NCBI GenBank assembly: GCA_030654835.1
Contig: JAURWS010000044.1
Span: 4,964 to 68,963 of the forward strand
Length of the DNA: 64,000 nucleotides
DNA from: Gammaproteobacteria bacterium
GTDB lineage: Bacteria > Pseudomonadota > Gammaproteobacteria > Pseudomonadales > Pseudohongiellaceae
Direction: 5' to 3'
This document shows, in pieces, positions 58,509 through 64,000 of this stretch. Within the stretch, counting starts at the first letter, position 1, and each line of letters begins with the position of its first letter. Made by a program: the position numbers and the translations under genes. The notes beneath the pieces were generated by a model. The model saw only the letters and a program-made list of their open reading frames with translations. It was not told the DNA's origin and did no database searches.

Positions 58509-61052
58509 ATGAAAATTTCAAAACTGCTGACAATGTCGTCGGTTGCTGCCCTGCTGGGCTCAATCGCTGCCACCACCGCTCCCGTTGCCATGGCGCAAGC
58601 CCAGGGTCAGGATGCGGACATCGAAGAAGTTGTGGTAACCGGTTCACGCCGCGCACCCAGAACAGCGCTCGACTCCGCAGCTCCAGTCGACGTGTTCTCA
58701 GCAACAGACTTCCAGGATCAAGGCACGGCCGATATCAACGACCTGCTGCGCAACCTGGTGCCGACCTTCAACGTGGACACTCAGGACATCAACGACTCCA
58801 ACAGTCTGGTACGCCCCGCGACCCTGCGCGGCCTGCCCGCTGACGACACGCTGGTGCTCGTGAACGGCAAGCGCCGTCACCGCTCCGCAGCGGTGCAATT
58901 CGGTCGCGAGGGAACCCACTTCCCGGACATCGCCCAGATTCCTCCGATTGCTCTGCGTCAGGTCGAAGTGCTGCGAGACGGCTCTGCCGCACAGTACGGC
59001 TCCGACGCCATCGCGGGCGTGATCAACTTCATGCTCAAGGAGAACAGTGAAGGCCTGTCCATCGAAACCAAGACCGGCATGTACACCGAGACCGATGACG
59101 GTCAATTGAACTACATGGCCGCCAACCTGGGTCTGCCGCTGGGCGAAACCGGCTTTGCCAGCCTAAGCATGGACATGACCAACCAAAAGCGCAGCGACCG
59201 CAGCATTCAGCGCGGTGACGCACAGGCACTGATCAACGCTGGCAACAAAGCGGTACGTGTCAATGCCCAGCACCAGGGTCTGCCCGATACCGAGATCGTC
59301 AACCTATTCGCCAACATCGGCGTTGATCTGGGCGGCGACCAGACGCTGTACTCCTTCGGCGGCTACAGCGAGAAGGACGTTGAACTCGGCTTCTTCTACC
59401 GCAACCCGGAAAACCGCAGTGGGGTATTCACCCGTGGTTCCAATCAGCTTTTCATTGACACGACGCCCGGCACAGGCACGACCTGCCCGACCATCCCGCG
59501 CGGCGTCAACCCAGTGACCAAAGTCACCAGCTCTGTGGCAGCTGCCCAGGCAGGCCTGGCAGATCCGCAATGCTTTTCCTTCCTTGAGTGGTTCCCCGGT
59601 GGTTACACCCCAGACTTCGGCGGCCAGGTGCGCGACATGTCCAATGCCACCGGCATCAAGGGCGAGCTGGATGACGGCACGACGTATGACCTGAGCATGG
59701 GCAATGGCTTCTCGGAGATCACCTACTTCATCTCCAACACCACCAACCCATCCATGGGACCAGATTCTCCCACCAGCTTCTCGCCCGGTATCTACACCAC
59801 CATCGAGAACAACCTCAACCTGGACCTTTCCAAGGCTTTCGAAGTGGGTATGTACTCACCGCTCAACGTTGCCTACGGTCTGGAATGGCGTCGTGAGATA
59901 TTCAAAGTGGCTTCCAAGGACCAGGACTCCTACCGCGTTGGCCCCTATGCCAACCTGGGCATGGGCGTAGGCTCCGACGGCTTCCAGGGTTTCGGTCCTG
60001 ATCAGCAGGGCACCTGGGATCGCAAGAACTGGAGTATCTATGCCGACCTGGAAGTGGATGCCACCGAAAGACTGTTGCTCGGCGCTGCCATCCGCTACGA
60101 AGACTTCTACAACACCTTCGGCGACACGACCAATGGCAAGCTGACAGCACGCTATGCGCTGACAGACACGACCAATCTCCGCAGCACGATCAGCACCGGC
60201 TTCCGTGCTCCGTCACCCGGCCAGGCCAACATCTCCAACATCAGCACTGGTGTTGTGGACAGTATCCCTGTCACCCAGGGCCAGATTCCTCCCACCAACC
60301 CGATATCACAGCTGTTTGGTGGTACGGAGCTGACTCCGGAGAAATCCCGCAACTTCAGCATCGGTGTCGCCACCGAAATCGGCGGCCTGGACCTGACACT
60401 GGACTACTACCGCATCGAACTGCGTGACCGCATCCTGAACTCTGCAACCTTCGACATTACCGAAGCCATTGCACAGCAACTGGAAGCCTCCGGTATCTCT
60501 GGCGCACGCAGCATTGTGTCCTTCAACTACTACACGAACGACATGTCCACCACCAACGAGGGTGTTGAACTGGTTGGCTCGTATGCGATGGACTGGGACG
60601 ACTTCGGTCGCACCGAACTGGCGGCCTCATGGGCCTGGACCAAGCAGCAACTGGACAGCTTCACGCCAGGCCTGTTAACCCGCGCCAACGTCGCCGATCT
60701 GGAAAAAGGAATCCCTGCCAACCGTGGCAACTTCCGAGTCAACCACACGATCACTGACTGGCGCTTCACTCTGCAAGCCAACTACTACGACGAGTACTTC
60801 TCAGTCCCCGCCAACGCCAACCCAGCGCGCGATTACTGGGTAGGTTCGGAGGTGATCTTCGGTGGCGAGGCTGCTTACACGTTCCGTGATCGTTACACCT
60901 TCATTGTCGGTGCGGATAACATCCTCAACACCATGCCGGAGAAGATTCGTCCAATAGATATCAACTCAGGCACCAGCAACAAGTACGTCACGAACGCTGG
61001 GTTCGGCCCGAATGGTGCCTTCTGGTACGCACGCTTCCAGTTCAGTATGTAA
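58509..61052 (+). CDS. TonB-dependent receptor
   Basis: Signal peptide ..TAPVAMAQA, DIEEVVVTGSRR, plug ..LVNGKRR.., an 847-aa barrel and an aromatic C-terminus. Confidence 0.88.
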   Translation: MKISKLLTMSSVAALLGSIAATTAPVAMAQAQGQDADIEEVVVTGSRRAPRTALDSAAPVDVFSATDFQDQGTADINDLLRNLVPTFNVDTQDINDSNSLVRPATLRGLPADDTLVLVNGKRRHRSAAVQFGREGTHFPDIAQIPPIALRQVEVLRDGSAAQYGSDAIAGVINFMLKENSEGLSIETKTGMYTETDDGQLNYMAANLGLPLGETGFASLSMDMTNQKRSDRSIQRGDAQALINAGNKAVRVNAQHQGLPDTEIVNLFANIGVDLGGDQTLYSFGGYSEKDVELGFFYRNPENRSGVFTRGSNQLFIDTTPGTGTTCPTIPRGVNPVTKVTSSVAAAQAGLADPQCFSFLEWFPGGYTPDFGGQVRDMSNATGIKGELDDGTTYDLSMGNGFSEITYFISNTTNPSMGPDSPTSFSPGIYTTIENNLNLDLSKAFEVGMYSPLNVAYGLEWRREIFKVASKDQDSYRVGPYANLGMGVGSDGFQGFGPDQQGTWDRKNWSIYADLEVDATERLLLGAAIRYEDFYNTFGDTTNGKLTARYALTDTTNLRSTISTGFRAPSPGQANISNISTGVVDSIPVTQGQIPPTNPISQLFGGTELTPEKSRNFSIGVATEIGGLDLTLDYYRIELRDRILNSATFDITEAIAQQLEASGISGARSIVSFNYYTNDMSTTNEGVELVGSYAMDWDDFGRTELAASWAWTKQQLDSFTPGLLTRANVADLEKGIPANRGNFRVNHTITDWRFTLQANYYDEYFSVPANANPARDYWVGSEVIFGGEAAYTFRDRYTFIVGADNILNTMPEKIRPIDINSGTSNKYVTNAGFGPNGAFWYARFQFSM

Positions 61053-61079
61053 GCAAGAAAGGATAGTCAATCAAAGAGA

Positions 61080-61107
61080 GGGGTGTCGTTCGCGGCACCC
61101 CTTTTTT
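61080..61107 (+). terminator. rho-independent terminator
   Basis: ggggtgtcg - TTCG tetraloop - cggcacccc, followed by T6. It lies 28 nt after the receptor stop. Confidence 0.85.
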
Positions 61108-61125
61108 ACCCGGAGAACACATCTT

Positions 61126-61767
61126 ATGACGCGCAATGTTTTACCCATGCTGCGGGCCATTGCCGCAACAGCGGTAGTCTCAACCACAGTTTCAACCTCC
61201 ACATGGGCAGCCGTACCCCATGAGCCGGTCAACCACCGGTTCTGCTTCACCTGTCACGGCACCGATGGCGTTGGCAGCGAGGGCATCCAGGCCCCTCGTC
61301 TGGCTGGCATGGAGCCATGGTACCTGCAACGGCAGCTCGAACTGTTCCGTGCCGGGGGACGCGGCAAGCACGCGGAAGATATTCAAGGCATGGAGATGCA
61401 GCCAATGGCCGCAATCCTGACCGACGAGAATATCGCCGACATCATCGACTGGGCCGCCACCTGGGAGTACAAACCCACGGTTCCGACACTGACAACCGGC
61501 AATGCAGCCAACGGACGCCAGCTCTATCAGGCCTGCGCGACTTGCCACGGCGCGGATGCGCAAGGCAATGAGGCGATGAATGCGCCAGCACTGCGCGGCC
61601 AGAATGACTGGTACCTCGTCACTCAGCTGAAAAACTTCAAGGCCGGTTTCCGTGGCACCGACCCGCTCGACACGTTCGGTGCGCCGATGCGCGCGATGGC
61701 GGCAGGCCTTGCCGACGAGCAGGCAATCAAAGACGTCGTGAGCTATATCAATACGCTGGGACGTTAA
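61126..61767 (+). CDS. dihaem cytochrome c (c4-like), exported
   Basis: Signal peptide, two CxxCH motifs (CFTCHG, CATCHG) and two Met-containing distal segments. Confidence 0.8.
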   Translation: MTRNVLPMLRAIAATAVVSTTVSTSTWAAVPHEPVNHRFCFTCHGTDGVGSEGIQAPRLAGMEPWYLQRQLELFRAGGRGKHAEDIQGMEMQPMAAILTDENIADIIDWAATWEYKPTVPTLTTGNAANGRQLYQACATCHGADAQGNEAMNAPALRGQNDWYLVTQLKNFKAGFRGTDPLDTFGAPMRAMAAGLADEQAIKDVVSYINTLGR

Positions 61768-61794
61768 TTTTACACAACCAAGAGGACACCAATT

Positions 61795-62271
61795 ATGTCG
61801 AAGCTCATCAAGTTATTGACTCTCAGCTCTGCCCTGCTGGCAGGGTCATTCGCCATGACAGCCAGCGCTCAGGAAATTCAGCGCGAGGGCGAAGGCAGAC
61901 TCTTCTACAGCACCATCAGCATTCCCGCCGGTGCGGAGACCTTGTACCTGAGTGGCGTTGGCGCTTCACCACAAGCCGATGGCACCTACGGTGACATGGA
62001 GCAGCAGACCAACAATACCTTCGAGAAGTTCAAAGCCACACTGGAAGCCCAGGGCTGGGCCATGTCCGACATCGTCCAGGTCCGCGTGTTTGGCGTGGCC
62101 GGTGCCGATGGCAAGTTTGATTTCGCTGGCTTCAATCGCGGCTACGAAAAATTCTTCGGCACCGAAGCCAATCCCATGAAGCCAGTGCGCTCTGTCGTAC
62201 AGATCGCCGGGCTGGTGGTAGAGGGCTGGCTGGTCGAGATCGAGATCCGCGCCGCCCGCGTTCCCAAATAA
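61795..62271 (+). CDS. RidA/YjgF-family protein with Sec signal peptide
   Basis: MSKLIKLLTLSSALLAGSFAMTASAQE.. signal peptide, followed by a YjgF/UK114-like core ending ..EGWLVEIEIRA. Confidence 0.75.
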   Translation: MSKLIKLLTLSSALLAGSFAMTASAQEIQREGEGRLFYSTISIPAGAETLYLSGVGASPQADGTYGDMEQQTNNTFEKFKATLEAQGWAMSDIVQVRVFGVAGADGKFDFAGFNRGYEKFFGTEANPMKPVRSVVQIAGLVVEGWLVEIEIRAARVPK

Positions 62272-62500
62272 CCCCTGCGGGAGCGTACCCCAAACTGACC
62301 CATCGACTGCCTTCCAGCACCGATTGTCAGGCGATCTCTGTCCTGAGCCTATCTCCCCCAGAACGGCCCCAGGGCAGAGATCGCACCCTTCTCTCCATGA
62401 AGTTTGCCGTCAAAGTGAAGAATCAGCCCCAGGTGCCGATAGGGAGAGAGACGACCGATACCGAAGCCTCAGCGCCTCCTCTCACAGGACCGTTCCAATT

Positions 62501-64000
62501 ATGACCCCTGCCGTACGTTTCTTCTGGATTGTCAGCCTCGCCTGGTTGCCCCTGAGTTATTACCTGCTGATGGACGCCACCGACTGGATCGTCATGCCCG
62601 CCGCGCTGGGTGAACACCCGGCGCTGCTGACGCTGTTCCTGTTCGCGGCGGTCTACGTCTCCATCGGAATGCGCGATCTGTATTCCAGCGAGAGCAACCT
62701 GCGTCGCAACTACCCGGTGTTTGCGAATCTGCGCTATCTGTTCGAGAGTATTCGCCCCGAGATCCGCCAGTACTTCATCGCCAGCAATCTGGAAGAGGCA
62801 CCATTCAACCGTGAAGCGCGCGACCTCATCTATCGCCGCGCCAAGAACGTCAACGACACGCTGCCGTTCGGCACAGAACAGAACCTGATGGAGCAGGGCT
62901 ACCTCTCCGTGTATCACTCCATCAAGGCCGCCATCGTTCCAGACCACAAGTTCCGCGTGCAGTTCGGCGGACCACAATGCAGCAAGCCGTACAACGCCTC
63001 GTTGCTGAACATCTCCGGCATGAGCTTCGGCGCCCTCAGCGGCCACGCCATCAGCGCTCTCAACAAGGGCGCAGCCATAGGCAAGTTCGCGCACAACACT
63101 GGCGAAGGCAGCATCAGCACCTATCACCGTGAACATGGTGGCGACCTGATCTGGCAGATCGGCACCGGCTACTTCGGCTGCCGCAATCTGGATGGCACGT
63201 TCAACGACACGGCGTTCGCCAGCAATGCCAGCGATGACCAAGTGAAGATGATTGAGATCAAGCTCTCGCAGGGCGCCAAGCCCTCTCACGGCGGCGTGCT
63301 GCCCGGCGCCAAGGTCACCAAGGAAATTGCCTTGATCCGTCTGGTCGAAGTCGGCAAGACAGTCACCTCACCTGCCAATCATCCCGAGTTCGACAGCCCT
63401 GTCGGCTTGCTGCAGTTCGTGCAGCGCCTGCGCGACCTTAGCGGCGGCAAACCGACCGGTTTCAAACTGTGCATTGGCAAGAAGAGCGAATTCATGAGCA
63501 TCGTCAAGGCGATGCTCAGCACCGGCATTCTCCCCGACTTCATCACCGTCGACGGTGCCGAGGGTGGCACCGGTGCCGCTCCCATGGAGTTCTCCAACCG
63601 GCTGGGACTGCCGTGCCTGGAGGCGACCTACTTCGTGCATCAGGTGCTCACCGGCGCAGGCCTGCGCGACAACATCCGCATCATCAGCGCGGGCAAGACC
63701 GCGAGCGGCTTCGACATGCTCAGCAAGATCGCGGCCGGTGCCGACACGGTCAATGCCGCGCGCTCCATGATGCTGGCGCTCGGCTGCGTGCAGTCCAAGT
63801 CCTGCAATACCAACAAGTGTCCTACGGGCATCGCCACCCAGGACCCGGTGCGCGGCAAGGCCGTCGACATCGAAGACAAGTCGAAGCGCGTCGCCAATTA
63901 CCAGCACGGCACCGTCCATGCCTTCCTCGAACTGTGCGGCGCGATGGGCTACGACGACCCGGCAGACCTCAAGCCAAGCGACCTCTTCCAGCGCATCGAC
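62501..64000 (+). CDS. FMN-binding glutamate synthase family protein (3' end beyond the window)
   Basis: Absent from the ORF track because it has no stop in the window. My translation from the ATG at 62501 reads MTPAVRFFWIVSLAWL.. with ..KLSQGAKPSHGGVLPG.. and ..DGAEGGTGAAP.., and the frame stays open to base 64000. Confidence 0.85.
   Translation, partial: MTPAVRFFWIVSLAWLPLSYYLLMDATDWIVMPAALGEHPALLTLFLFAAVYVSIGMRDLYSSESNLRRNYPVFANLRYLFESIRPEIRQYFIASNLEEAPFNREARDLIYRRAKNVNDTLPFGTEQNLMEQGYLSVYHSIKAAIVPDHKFRVQFGGPQCSKPYNASLLNISGMSFGALSGHAISALNKGAAIGKFAHNTGEGSISTYHREHGGDLIWQIGTGYFGCRNLDGTFNDTAFASNASDDQVKMIEIKLSQGAKPSHGGVLPGAKVTKEIALIRLVEVGKTVTSPANHPEFDSPVGLLQFVQRLRDLSGGKPTGFKLCIGKKSEFMSIVKAMLSTGILPDFITVDGAEGGTGAAPMEFSNRLGLPCLEATYFVHQVLTGAGLRDNIRIISAGKTASGFDMLSKIAAGADTVNAARSMMLALGCVQSKSCNTNKCPTGIATQDPVRGKAVDIEDKSKRVANYQHGTVHAFLELCGAMGYDDPADLKPSDLFQRID

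Noticed and set aside
62423-63289. 288-aa minus-strand ORF
   Set aside because: It is antisense to the glutamate-synthase-family gene. That gene is missing from the track only because it has no stop within the window.

Overview
GC-rich gammaproteobacterial-type chromosomal segment; the taxonomy is inferred from gene content and synteny only. Most of the window is densely packed core genes. These include a complete cbb3 oxidase locus (ccoNOQP-ccoGHIS plus a TauE/SafE-like gene) and the conserved nnr-tsaE-amiB-mutL-(murI)-miaA-hfq-hflXKC-hisZ-purA block. Also present are tal, pcp, ychJ, an MscS-family channel, a fadJ/fadI-like beta-oxidation pair, nhaP2 and four TonB-dependent receptors (one truncated by the left edge). 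A partial FMN-dependent glutamate-synthase-family gene runs off the right edge. I found no rRNA, tRNA, CRISPR array, transposase, integrase or recognisable defence gene. Two loci are worth follow-up. (1) 28.2-33.8 kb holds two convergent operons encoding four exported proteins of unknown function. One fuses a CxxCH heme-c module to a fold carrying the full peptidylglycine-monooxygenase-like copper ligand pattern. Its paralog has a thioredoxin-like N-domain and has lost most of those ligands. (2) 54.3-62.3 kb encodes a Tat-exported flavin amine oxidase, a membrane CadC/ToxR-like regulator, a TonB receptor, a dihaem cytochrome c and a signal-peptide-bearing RidA. The oxidase and receptor genes share a conserved upstream box with three G(G/A)AGG pentamers phased at 11 bp. 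Smaller observations are a REP-like palindrome cluster, several intergenic or in-frame tandem repeats, two probable gene remnants, murI inserted into the mutL-miaA superoperon, and candidate operator sites. All functions are inferred from motifs I read in the translations; no searches were run.
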